DNA of 64,000 nucleotides, taken from the NCBI RefSeq assembly GCF_902713615.1, contig NC_052157.1, positions 84,323,411-84,387,410 of the forward strand. The letters are read 5' to 3'. A program made the translations under genes and the position numbers. The notes under the pieces are model-generated. The model had not been told where the DNA came from and did no database searches. It saw nothing but the letters and a program-made list of their open reading frames with translations. The DNA is from Scyliorhinus canicula (lineage: Eukaryota). This document shows, in pieces, positions 11,031-23,800 of this stretch. Each line of letters begins with the position of its first letter. The first letter of the stretch is position 1.

Positions 11031-11046
11031 TTCACCAGTTCACGTT

Positions 11047-11530
11047 TCATAGAACATATAACATTACAGCGCAATACTGGTCCTTCGGCCCTCGATGTTG
11101 CGCCGACCCCCTCTTTTACCACCTTCACCAAAGTTTACTAAAATATCTAAACCCCGGAACCTGTAACAATAATTCCTGTCCCTGCTCTAGCCATGTCTCC
11201 GAAATGGCCACAACATCGAAGTTCCAGGTCCCAACCCATGTAGCAAGTTCACCCACCTTATTCCCGATGCTCCTGGCGTTGATGTAGACACACGTTAAAC
11301 CACCTGCCTGCCGGTACACTCCTGTAACCTTGAAACCTTTTTCATGACCTTACAACTCTTAAGCTCCTGTATAATTGAGCTATAATTCAGATTCCCAAAA
11401 CCCTACTGAATGAGGGCAAATCATCCCGAAGAGCATCAGCAACCACCCCCCCCCCCCCACCCGCCCATCCCTCTCCCTGGTATTGGTACCCCCTGTCCAG
11501 GTGAAGACCATCTCGTTTCTTTGTGACGTA
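11047..11530 (-). mobile_element. HER1-type LINE with an internal deletion of about 2.6 kb
   Basis: 3' tail (11047-11109) fused to the APE N-terminus (CVYINARSIGNKVGEL..VAISETW) and the ORF1 end (RDGLHL). Confidence 0.8.
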
Positions 11531-14379
11531 TTGATGCACTCTGTGTCCTTGACCCCCCCCCCCCCCGGTCCGGGATAGGGACACTCACCGCCCACATTAT
11601 TCGAAACCTGACACGCCCGCCTCCATCCTCTCCCGTCCCAGAATCAAAATCCAAATGCTTCAATCCCGGCCGAGCCCATTAAGGGGCCGAACTGTAATAT
11701 CCTGTCTGAGAATGCTCAGGAGGTAAAAGCGGATGGTCGATAAATCAAGTCACCTCCGATGCGCCTGACACAAGGACCTCTGGAACCGCTGATCCTAACC
11801 CTAGAAACTACGTTCAGTGCAATAGCAGATAACCTTGTAGTCATAGTGCGCGAACATGGACCGCACCGTAGAGTCAGTTCAGCGACATATCTGTCCAAAT
11901 GTTGTTAGCTGTTTTCCATCCATTCTATTCATCGGTTTGTTTAAAGCGTTTCCGGACATCGATCAATAATTAGTTTTGACCTTTTATACTGCGTCATCAC
12001 CCTTCCATGGAGATTGCATGGACTGAACTGGCATGCTTTGCTCGACTTACGTTGGCGAACACGAACTCAGAGGAGATTTCAGGTTCCATTGTTTCATGCG
12101 CCAATGCCGACACACGATATTTTGTCACGTTACTTCCAACCTACCGAGGACAAATACCCGTTAGAGAGTCCATAGTAATGGCAACCATGGGAACGCCATG
12201 GCCGGAACGTATTCTGTGCCTCGAATTCACAGCATCAGGCCATAATTATTGCCGTCTGACATGTTTCAGCGATCAAATTAACAGTTTGCCTCACACAACA
12301 TGTTTCAGCGAATCAATGTTCATCTCACTGTCGTGTAGCTTGCAACTGAGCAGCTCTGCGCCCTCCGAATAACTGGCATCCATCACGAACATATCTGTGT
12401 CCATAGCTTCTGCCTGTCAGATTCTCAACTCCATGCATATTATCTCGCATGAAATATATCCCGTCACTCGATGCCGAATCAGTGGGAGTTATCATAGACG
12501 CCCGTATATGGCTCTCTTAATGCGCAGATGCCAGCTCTGAAACTCTGTAATATAACCGTACTCTACTCTATGTAACTCCTTCCGGTATGTTGTTCACACA
12601 CAGCTTCTCACCGTGGGCTCTCCAAACAACACACGCCGGAAACTCTGGGACGCATGCCCCTGTTTTCTTCACACACAGCGTGCAGCTGCAAATCACAGTG
12701 CCTCTCTGAGGCATCGCGTAATTTTATATACCCGAGATTGCATACATGCCCTCAAGAATGCGACTTATTCTGACACAGGAAAAGCGAACCACTTAAACAG
12801 CGCTAACTAAACCAATCTTATTGTTAGGATGAGCCACTACCAGAGATCAAACCATGCCGCCCGCTTAACACACATCTTCCTTTTGTCGTGGAACTAGCCA
12901 ACATCCCAGGAAAACAATCACATCGGTACGAAATTTAGGGGAAAACAGCTGGTGGCATTAACCACCACTCCAGAAAAAGAAATCCGCCTCTAGAGAAAAA
13001 AACGGGAGCGGGGGATTTGCGGGGTAGTGTGTGTGTGGGGAGGGGTGGGGGCCGGGGCTGTGTTGTTGTCGGGCGACAAAATACATTTGTTGGGAAATGC
13101 AACGGAAAAAGGGATGCAAACAGGTGTAGCCTTTATGTCTTTTATGGTATGAATGACCTATTAATAAACTGCTTTGGAGTACTCTCTCTAACATGGTTTC
13201 AGAAAACCTGGACTACAGACTTCTTTTCGATAGAACAGCTGAATATCGGTCTTCAGTACTCCGGATCCAAATGGTTCGACCCACCAATTGCGGGTGAATC
13301 GGAGAATGATATCCGATGGGCACCGCCAATAAGAATGTCACTTTTGGGGTAAAGCAAGGATAATGGGCTCCATGATTGCTGAAAATGAGAGTCACGACTG
13401 CGTGGTCGGGATACGCCATGGGTGTTTGAGCTAGCACGGTGAAAGAACTGGAATTGTGGCAGATGTGCTGCAGTACGGATGAAAATGTGATAATTTCAAA
13501 ACACTCCTCTCTAAAAAAGTAGAATACATTCGGACCTAATTGCCTAACGTGCATACGAACTTCGCCAAAGCAGTCAACTAAGTTGATGTAAAAAGAAACA
13601 TTCATGAAATTAGAGACCCTACATGCTGGGAGGATATCTCGGATTGGGCTTCCAGAATAACATTCAGCAATGCATCTGCCTCGTGTCACAACTGACCGTA
13701 ATAGAAGTCATGCTTATGGCACAGGTATATCACGTCTCCTCAATTATTCGAAATTTGGAGATGAGTGGAGACTCCTCTTCTTTTGATTTGATCAAGTTAC
13801 AGCCTAATTCACGTAGCGATTTGGAGGACGAAAGATTTTGGAACATGAGATGATTTTGACGAACACTCCATTTTTAATTTGGATGTTTTCTTTTTTGGCA
13901 ACAAAAAATCGGCTAAAGAAGGAATGGTCGGAGAATTATTCAGTATTGAAACGAATCACTAACTGAAACAAACGATACTGACACATGTTTGAAAGTTCAG
14001 TTGACTGGTTGTTGGAAGATTATCAACACTTTGGAAAGCTGTCGGATGTGATCACGATGATGAATGCACGTTATTAATATGAACGCAATTGCAAAGTAAA
14101 CACTTTGCTTTAAATACACAAATCGCAATACTTCGCCAGTAGTGTTGAATCAATGTTCATCTTTGGAGAATCTACCTGATTTCTAATTTGAGGTTTCATT
14201 TTCGTATCTACTGTTCCTGTCTTTACAATTCATATGGTGGACCGTAAGACTACAGTTCTTACCATCCTTTGTCGTTTTCAGCTGTCAGGCAGAATCTAAT
14301 TTTTCTTGCTGTTCTTTGTAGGGAAGCGTTTTTTAGGAAAGCATATATGTGACTGTTGTTTTCTTGGTCCATGGTGGGA

Positions 14380-15885
14380 GAGGTGGAATGGCCGAAGCAG
14401 GGGTCCCCACACCAGATAACGTAAGTCGGTTGATGAGCTGAGGTGCTGTGGGAAAGGGCTTTTGGACATTGGTTACGGTAAGCAAGTTTCAATTCTCCTT
14501 GGAGGTGAGGAAATGGATGGGAGAAATTGACACAGGACCATATTGGAGTGGGAGTTAACGGAGCAGGAGATAAAAGATCTGATTGGATGGATGCAGTTTG
14601 GGGAGGTAGCAAGACCATATAGGTTTCCGGTGGAGTTTTACAATAAATGAAAAGTTACGTTAGCTGATGGTGCGGATCTTTGAGGAGGCAATAGGTCTTG
14701 CCAAAGATTTTAGGGAAGGCATCGATCTTCCTGCTGCTAAATAAAGGTAAGGATCCGACAGAATATGAGTCGTATTATCCCATATCACTTTTGAATGTGG
14801 ACACAAAGGTGTTGGCGAAGATATTGGGGGAGGGGGGAGGTTGGCGGAGTACCTCCCGCAGGTGATAGGGGAAAATCAAAATAATTTGTGAAAGGGCAGC
14901 AGCTTTCTTAGAATACGAGAAGTGTCATGAACGTGGTTTTCGCGTCGGTGGAGGGGAGGGAGACAGAAACAGTTCTGGCGTTGAACGCCGAGAAGGCTTC
15001 TGACCGAGTAGAGTGGCGTTATTGGATGCCGGTTGTAGAGCGGTATGGGATTGTGCCACGATTTGTAGGTTGTATAAAGGTGCTGTTCAGGAAGCGGAGA
15101 GCGAGTACCTGCACGAATAACAATTCGGGATATGTTTTCTTGACCGTGGGATCAGTCAGGGATGGCCTCTGTCCTCCTGTTGTTCTCGTTTGCGTTTGGG
15201 CCTTTGACTACCGCATTGAAGAGTTCGGAGGTGTGGAAAAGGATAGTCCGAGGAGGGTGGGGTGGGGGGGGGGGGAGCTGTTCGAGCATAGGGTATATTC
15301 ATATGCGGCCGACTTGCTTTCTTATGCAATTTCGAAGGTGGTAAATGTGAGGCTTGAGCCGGGACCTCCAGAATACATAGTATTGGATCGGCCGGTGTTG
15401 GAAGCTGCTGCGAAGGCAGATGTTTTAGCTGTCACCTGGCTGATCTTCCGAAGCTGAATCCTGTTGGATTGGAGGTTAGTTTATCCACCCTGTGCCCTGG
15501 GTGGCGGGTAGATCTATTGGAATTTGTACCTCTCGAGAAGGTTAAGTTTTACTTGAGAGGAAGGAAGAAAGGGTTTTACAATTCATGGTCGTTATTTATT
15601 ATGCACTTGCAAGATTTGGATGACATTGAACATTAGTCGGGATTAGGGTGGTGCTTGGCGGTTGACCGTGTACATTATTGGTGATTATGCATGGATCAAT
15701 TATGGATTCCTGAATTCTTTTCTTTGATGTTTATTTTTTAAATGTTGAGGGTTGCTTTGATGGTTCGTGGGAGGGAGAAATTGTTGGTCAGGGGATTGAC
15801 ATTATATTTGTTCCTGTTGATTCTGTCTTAATGGTGTCCATTTGGATCAAAACGTGAGAAAGGAGGCGAACAAAACATTGTCTTA
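14380..15885 (+). mobile_element. Decayed L1-clade ORF2 and 3' UTR
   Basis: KGKDPTEYESYYPISLLNVDTKVLAKI (14742), LNAEKASDRVEW, YSYAADL. Confidence 0.75.
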
Positions 15886-15889
15886 AAAC

Positions 15890-16610
15890 AATTTGCTTCA
15901 GTATTCACAACAGATAAGGACTTTGTGGAAGATGATTCTTGGGAAGGGTGTGTGAATAATCTTGTTCATGTTGGTATCAAAAAGGAGGAGGTATTGCGAG
16001 TTGTAAAATGCATGGACAAGACTCCTTGGCCTGACGCGATTTACCCCAGAATACAGACGGAAGCAAGAGAGGAAATTGCTGTGTCTATGACTGATATCGT
16101 TGCATCCTCATTGGCTTCAGGTGAGATCCCAGGGAACTGGAAAATAGATAATGTGGTGCCGTTGTTCACAAATGTAACATTGATGATCCAAGAAACTCTT
16201 GACTGTTGAGCCTCACGTCGATACAAAATGAATTGTTGGAGCAAATTCTCAGAGGCACGTTCTGTACCCATTTGGAAACAAATGGACTCTATAGCGATAG
16301 GCAGCATGGTCTTCTGAAGGGGAGCACGTGCCTCACTAACTTGATTGAATTTTTTGAAGAGGTGACAACGGTGATTGTGAGTGGAGGGTGGTGGATGTTA
16401 TTTACATGGACTTCAGTAAAGCCTTGAGCAATGTGCCTCATGGCATAATGATACTGGAGGTGAAATTGCACGCCATCAGTGGTGAAATTGAAATGTGGAC
16501 ACTGAACGGGCTCGCTCAGAGAACGCAGAGGGTAGCAGGAGAGTGTATTTTTCTGAACGGAAGATTGTCTCCACGGGCGTTCCTCAGGGATCGTTGCTCG
16601 GGCCTCTGTT
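15890..16610 (+). mobile_element. Decayed CR1/HER1 ORF2 fragment
   Basis: DKTPWPDAIYPRI..WKIDNVVPLF..CLTNLIEFFE..VDVIYMDFSKA. Confidence 0.85.
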
Positions 16611-18491
16611 CCTTGCTTCCTGGCAGCTACAAAATGGAGTAATCTCACGTACATGATGTTGCACGCAACACATTAGCGTACCGGATGCATGAGCGTCCCT
16701 CTGTCGCTGCCTCTGGCAGAAAGACTCATCGTTTATATTTAAAGATCGCTTTCAAACTTTATTTCTAATATCTAATTTGTCTCAATGTATTACATTTTAT
16801 TGCTAAAAATTAAATTAATTTAATTTGAACATGTGCAGCTTCACATTTACACACAAACTTTGTTTTACATACATTAACATTTCTTTAGAAATGTAACCAA
16901 TTATTAAAAAATTACCATCTTGTTTTGACTTTACAAACTACGACTTTAGAGGAGATGAAGTAACTTGTCAAACATACACAATGTCATACTATTTCTTACT
17001 CGTTCCACTGCATTGCACTATCCAAATATCCGAGGCACCTCCTGCCCCTTTCTCACCAAAATATTTAAATATTTTACTTCCTGGTTTTGAGAGAGATTCG
17101 ACACAAAGTGATGATCATAGGCTTATTCCAGTGTTCACATATGCCAGCCTAACTGACTAACCTCCGTTAATCAGTATTCCTGGAAACCTGGCATGACTTC
17201 CTCTCACCCTACCCACCCGAGCCATAACCACTTCCCGACATGTACTTACCGCCGTGGGAGTGCAACCGGACGTTGTGCTGGCCGTTGAACGGATTGACCA
17301 AGTAGCCGCATGCTGCATACTGCCGATCGTTGACCGTGGGGCTAGCCGAGTAGCGCGCAAAAGACGAGCACCAGAGCAGAGCACCAAGCTGGGGTCACCG
17401 CCGGTGGCATCGCGTCCACGAGAACGCCCGTCAACCTCCTGGCACTCGCCAAACACTGCGCGCGGTGACCAACACATAATCTAGCCGCACGCTAGATTTA
17501 AACGTGAGGAGAGATAAAAATCTTCACTGCTGACTTTTTGTCTTTGTAGGCGGTGAACTTCTGAGATGGCGAGGTGTTGAAAATAATCAATTGATTTTGG
17601 TGCCCCTGTATCTGTCTTAACTTAGATACCGTCAGCTGCAGGAAATCTTCAGGCGACTCAGCTTCAACTGTGGAGAGAGAACCTACAGCTTTCTTCAACT
17701 CCGTTTTCAAAAGAAACTAAAACGTAAAGCCCAGCTCAGCTGCTGGAATCAGCTGCTTACTAGATTTTTAGAGGTCTGGCTGCAGACTGCTTGAAGCCTT
17801 TCATTCAGGGGATAACTTCCGATTTCATGCCGGATTGATCGAGTATGAACACATACTTCTGGTTGCTGACGCAATCTTACCAGAAACGACATTAAATGTA
17901 GCTTGCGCGTTTCTTCCAGAATATTCTGAAGTGCTCCAGTAATCACTGTCCAGAGCAGGATACAAGGATAATTTCAACGGAGACGATTGGCAGCTAGCCA
18001 TGTCCATCAAAACGCCATCACTGGACCATGCGACAGAGTACAGTGCCGGAAAGGGAACCCTACTTGTCCAGTTCAAATAGCAACTTGGAGCGGAGGAGGG
18101 TGGAGTGTCAAGATTATCATGTTTGAACACTGCCATCAAGAAAACACTGAGCAAACAGAACAGCAGGCGGTATGAGGGTTGAAAAGGACTCAAGGAACAG
18201 ACAAAGATTGAAAAGTGTTTGCTGACATGTCTCCATTCCTAAAAGAATGGAATCTTAAGACACGGACGTTTCATGATGAAGTATGCAATGTACGAAACAC
18301 CCACACATGCGTCTCAGCAAGTGACATTATGCAACTCTTATGTCCGGATTTGAGAAGAGTAAAAATGTAACTGTTCAAGAGATGACAAAGTACTTCCAAT
18401 CATACTTTCTTTTCCAGGAAATATAAACAGTTTGTACAGCAGCCAGTTTGAATAGAAACTCTGATGTAAATATCTTACGTTCTAGGTTATT

Positions 18492-18847
18492 CATAGAATT
18501 TTTAGAATTTGCAGTGCAGAAGGAGGCCATTCGGCCCATCGAGTCTGCACCGGCTCCTCGAAAGAGCACCCTACCCAAGGTTAACACTCCCCCCTATCAC
18601 CATAACCCACAACACCACCCAACACTAAGGGGAATATTTGGACATTAAGGGCAATTCTATCAATGCCAATCCACCTAACGTGCATATCTTTGGACTGTGG
18701 GAGGAAACTGGAGCTCCCGGAGGAAACCCACACACACACGGGGAGGATGTGCAGACTCCACACAGGCAATGTCCCAAGCCGGAATCGAAACTGGGACCCT
18801 GGAGCTGTGAAGCGATTGTGCTATCCACTATGCTACCGTGCTGTCCC
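18492..18847 (-). mobile_element. V-SINE with type-B tail
   Basis: Same V core, but the tail is GCAGACTCGATGGGCCGAATGGCCTCCTTCTGCACTGCAAATTCT..ATTCTATGA. Confidence 0.88.
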
Positions 18848-19390
18848 TAACGTCTCCACAGTCGCAACTAATTGACAGTTCGAGAAAGTACGGGGTAGCC
18901 AGCACATATTCGTGCGGCCGTCTCTTAGACTTTCTTTGGCGTTCCCTCCATCACAAATGGTTTGCTTTGTTTTGCACAGTGTCAAACGTGCACTGATTCT
19001 CAGCCTCGAACTTCGCCAATCTCTGTTGTTTCAGTCGAGGCGCATGTGGCTTTAGTAGTTAAAAAGGTGAAATATCCTCACAACTGCTAGTTGGCGTTGT
19101 GCCGCTCGCTCTTCCATCCATGTTCTTCGACACCACTTTCGAACTTTATATATGTCTGCATTTTTCTGTCCCTCATACAACCATTTCTGGCTTTGCTGTC
19201 TTTTGAGCGAAGGATCTCCTTCAACTAAAGGACAAGCACGAGGACTTCCGGTAGCGGCAATGACCAGCTTAGCCTCACGTTCGGAGGTTCCCGAAAAAAA
19301 CGGACTTTGGGGCTTTTTTAAAGGCCCCCAACGGAGCTTAAGAGGCAAATCCCGATGGGGGAAGAGGCCAAGAGTTTCCCCAGAGGTCCC

Positions 19391-20228
19391 ATGGTGCAGA
19401 CAAGGAGCGGAGCAGGGAGAGAATCGGGAGGAAAAACTTTTGAAAAAAATCGGGACCTGCAGGACAAAATGGCGGCCAGCGAAAGTTTTGAAGAACTGAA
19501 GAAGTGGGTCCAGACGACTCTGCTGAGTCTCTTTAGGATCTGAAAGTGGAGCTGCTGGAGTCCATCAAGGTAACCAACAGGGAACTGATGGAGACCCAGA
19601 CAGCCCAGGGGGCTGCGATCCGGGAGCTGCAGCAGCAAGCCGCCTAGAGGGAGGACGAAATCGTGGCCATGGTGGGGAAGGTGGACGTGCACGAGGCGCT
19701 CCATAAAAGATGGCAGGAGCGGTTCGAGGACTTGGACAACCGGTCGAGGAGGAAGTATTTACGGATCCTGGGCCTCACAGAGGGGCCGGAGGGGTCGGAC
19801 CTAGGGGCCTATGTGGTGATGATGCTGAACACGCTGATGGGGGCTGGGTCCTTCCAGGGGCCCCTGGAGTTGGAGGAGGACCACAGAATTCTGGCTAGGA
19901 GGCCCAAGCTGAACGAGCCACCGCGGGCGGTGTTGGTAAGGTTCCACCGGTTTGTGGATCGTGAGTGTGTGCTCCGGTGGGCCAAGAAGGAGCGGAGCAG
20001 CAAATGGGAGAACACGGAGGTGCGGATCTTCTAGGACTGGAGTGCAGAGTTAGCGAAGCGGAGGGCCGGGTTTAACCGGATGAAGGCGGTGCTCCACAGA
20101 CAGAAGGTGAAGTTTGGAATGCTGCAACCAGCGCGTATGTGGGTCAACTACCAGGAACGGCACCACTATTTTGAGTCCCGGAGGAGGCATGGGCCTTCGT
20201 GCAAGCCGAGAAACTGGACACAAACTGA
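19391..20228 (+). pseudogene. L1 ORF1p (coiled coil, RRM, CTD), disrupted
   Basis: EDLDNRSRRKYLRILGLTEG, EDHRILARRP..PRAVLVRF, VRIF*D; internal stops and frameshifts. Confidence 0.88.
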
Positions 20229-20866
20229 GGGTCCCCCGGATGGGGGATGCTGTGGAATACTGTATTTAGTTATACTGTATGTGCATCTGCTGGGTTTAGG
20301 GTATGATGTGGGGTGGCCGTACGGTGGGTGGGGTGATGCCGTACGGGTGTTTTCTTTATGGGTTTTCTAGCAGGAGTTGGGTGGACGTGTTTGGACTGAG
20401 GGGTAAACGGGGTGTTTGAGGAGCTGGTGGGGGGGACTGACAATGGGAGTGGCCCTGGAGGAGGCAGGGCCTGGTAGCGCGAAAGCGCGGGCTTTCTGCG
20501 GGGTCCCCGCACTGGGAGAGGGAGGGGCAGGGCTTTATTTTCCCGCGCAGGAGCGGGGGAGGGTGGACTGGTTGATGGGCACTATGGGGGAGGGGAAGTC
20601 CCACGTTGGGAGGAGCTGAAAGTATGGCGGGTGCCGCCTGGGTCAGCAGAAGATAGCTGGCTCACGGTAGTGCTGTAGAGGGGGGGGGCGCGGCTAGGAG
20701 GGGTCCTAGCCTGGGGGGGGGGGGAGGGGAGGGGGGGTTACCGGGCTGCTGCTGAAACGGTCAGGAAGGAGCTGGAGGACGCAGGGAGTGCTGGAGGGGG
20801 GGAGGTGCCGCCGTGGGAAACTGGCAGAGCGTGGGACGCTGGCCGGGGGTGGGCAAGGGATGGGGT

Positions 20867-23800
20867 ATGGCTAATCGGCAGGGAAAGGGGGCAGGGAGCC
20901 CTCACATCCGGCTGATAACCTGGAATGTGAGGGGGCTGAATGGGCCGGTCAAAAGGGCCCGAGTAGTTGCGCACCTGAAGGGACTTAAGGCGGATGTGGC
21001 CATGCTCCAGGAGACACACCTGAGAGTGGTGGACCAGGTCCGGCTGAGAAAGGGGTGGGTGGTCCAGGTATTCCACTCAGGGCTGGATGAGAAGAGTAAA
21101 GGGGTGGCGATCCTGGTGGGGAAGAAGGTGTCGTTTGAGGCGTTGAAGGTGGTGGCTGACAGTGGCGGGAGGTACGTGATGGTGAGTGGCAAGCTGCTGG
21201 GGGAGCGGGTAGTGTTGGTGAATGTTTATGCCCCAAATTGGGACGAGGCGGCGTTCATGCGGCGTATGTTGGGCCGCATTCCGGACCTGGAAGTGGGGGG
21301 CCTGGTCATGGGGGGAGACTTTAGCACTCTGCTGAATCCCCAATTGGATTGATCCAAGTCCCGCACGGGTAGGAGGTCGGCGGCCGCTAAGGTGCTGAGG
21401 GGATTTATGGACCAGATGGGGGGGTGGACCCTTGGAGGTTTGAGAGGCCAAGGGCCAGAAAATACTCGTTTTTCTCCCATGTACATAAGGCCGACTCGAG
21501 GATTGACTTTTTTGTCCTGAGCAGGGGGCTGGTGCCGAGGGTGGAGGAAGTGGAATACTCCGCCATTGCCATTTCGGACCATGCCCCCTACTGGATGGAC
21601 CTCGGGCTGGTGGAAGAGAGGGACCAACGTCCACTCTGGCACATTGAGGTGGGGCTGCTGGCAGAGGAGGAGGTGGCCGGGAGGGTCCGTGGGTGTATCG
21701 AGAGATAGCTCGAGGCCAATGATAACGGGGAGGTTCGGGTGGGGACGGTCTGGGAGGCATTGAAGGCGGTGATGAGGGGGGAATTGATCTCCATCCGAGC
21801 CCATAGGGTGAGGGGGGAGCAGAGGGAAAGGGAAAGACTGATAGGGGAGATGGTGCAGGTGGATAGGAGATATGCAGAGGCCCCGGAGGAGGGATTGCTG
21901 GGGGAGAGGCGTAGCCTACAGGCCATATTTGACCTTCTGACGATCAGAAAGGCGGAAGCCCAGTGGAGGAAAGCACAGGGGGTGGTGTATGAACACGGGG
22001 ACAAGGCGAGCAGGATGCTGGCGCACCAGCTCCGGAAGCGAGACGCCACCAGGGAGATTGGGGGAGTGAGGGATAGCGCTGGGAAGGTGGTGCAGAGGGG
22101 GTAGAGGTCAATGGGGTCTTCAGGGACTATTATGGGGAACGGTACCGCTCTGAGCCCCCGGTGGAGGAGGGTGGAATGGGCCACTTCCTGGACAGGTTGC
22201 GTTTCCCGAGGGTGGAAGAGGAGCGGGTGAAGGGACTAGGGGCACCGATCGAGTTGGAGGAGGTTTTCAAAGGGATAGGGAGCATGCAGTCGGGTAAGGC
22301 GCCGCGGCCGGACGGGTTTCCGGCGGAATTTTATAAAAAGTATTTGGACCTGTTGGGCCCCCTGTTGGTTCGGACCTTTAACGAGGCATGGGAGGGGGGT
22401 ATTGCCCCCAACTATGTCGCGGGCGCTGATTCCCTTGATCCTGAAGCGGGACAAGGACCCTCTGCAGTGTGGATCATATAGGCCGATTTTGTTGCTGAAC
22501 GCCGATGCCAAGCTGCTGGCAAAGATCCTGGCCACTAGAATAGAGGAGTGTGTGCCGGGGGTCATACATGAGGACCAGACGGGGTTTGTGAAGGGAAGGC
22601 AGCTGAACACAAATTTGCGAAGACTCCTCAATGTCATTATGATGCCGGCGGTGGAACGGGAGGCGGAGAAGGCCTTCGATATGGTGGAGGTACTTGTGGG
22701 AGGTGTTGGAGAGGTTTGGGTTTGGGGAGGGGTTTATTCGGTGGGTGAGGTTGCTCTATGAGGCCCCGATGGCAAGTGTAGCCACGAATAGGAGGAGGTC
22801 GGAGTACTTTCTGCTGCATCGGGGGACGAGACAGGGGTGCCCCCTGTCCCCCTTGCTCTTCGCGTTGGCAATTGAGCCCCTGGCCATGGCATTGAGGGAG
22901 TCAGGGAACTGGAGGGGCATGGTGCGGGGTGGGGAGGAGCATCGAGTGTCACTGTACGTGGACAACCTGCTGCTGTATGTGGCGGACCCGGTGGGGGAGA
23001 TGCCGGAGGTGATGAGGATCCTTGGGGAATTCGGGGGTTTCTCGGGGTATAAGCTGAACCTGGGCAAGAGCGAGGTGTTTGTGGTGCATCCGGGGGATGA
23101 ATAGGAGGGGATTGGTAGGCTCCCACTGAAGCAGGCAGGGAAGAGCTTCAGATACCTAGGGTTCCAGGTGGCTGGGAGTTGGGTGGCCCTGCACAAGCTC
23201 AACCTCACAAGGTTGGTGGAGCAGATGGAGGAGGAGTTTAAGAGGTGGGATATGTTACCGCTGTAACTGGCGGGGAGGGTGCAGTCCGTTAAGATGAGGG
23301 TGCTCCCGAGGTTTTTGTTCTTGTTCCAGTGCCTCCCGATCTTTATCCCAAAGGCCTTTTTCAGGAGGGTCAATGGCAGTATCACGGGTTTTGTGTGGGT
23401 GCATGGGACTCCAAGGGTTCGAAGAGTGTTCCTGGAACGAGGCAGGGATGGGGGGGGGGGGGGCTGGCGTTGCCCAACCTCTGTGGGTACAACTGGGCGG
23501 CCAACGCAGCGATGGTGCGTAAGTGGGTAATGGACGAGGAGAGGGCAGTGTGCAAGAGGATGGAGGCGGCGTCTTGTTTGGGCACGAGCCTGGAAGCGCT
23601 AGTAACGGCGCCGTTGCTGCTCCCTCCAGCGAGTTATACCAGAGCCCGGTGGTGGCGGGTACCCTCAACATTTGGGGGCGATGGAGATGGCACAGGGGAG
23701 AAATGAGGGGCTCGATTGAGGCCCCGATACGGGGAACCATCGGTTCGCCCCAGGGAGCATTGATGGCGGATTTCTGGGCTGGCACAGGGCAGGGGTTAGA

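Larger units (their letters stand above)
3945..11035 (+). mobile_element. Decayed endogenous retrovirus-like provirus (gag-PR-RT-tether/RNaseH-like-RNaseH-IN), multiply interrupted
   Basis: Motifs in colinear order: LIDTG (about 6013), KPEG*VRLTID (6923), LDISNGF (7520), LGLAG (8517), VAYASRIL (8778), second RNase H (9262-9720), HHCC zinc domain NCIMC (10080), IDCDQ (10210), FHVAYHQQS..LERMN (10285) and a GPY/F-like C-terminus (10900-11015). LTRs not recognised. Confidence 0.8.

Noticed and set aside
11680-11700. AAGGGGCCGAAC|TGTAA as PPT plus the start of a 3' LTR
   Set aside because: The purine tract is interrupted and no matching 5' LTR is visible upstream of gag.
13000-14380. Further L1 remnants and additional pseudo-exons (donor at 14262)
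   Set aside because: Only weak motif traces, and I could not assign boundaries or frames with confidence.
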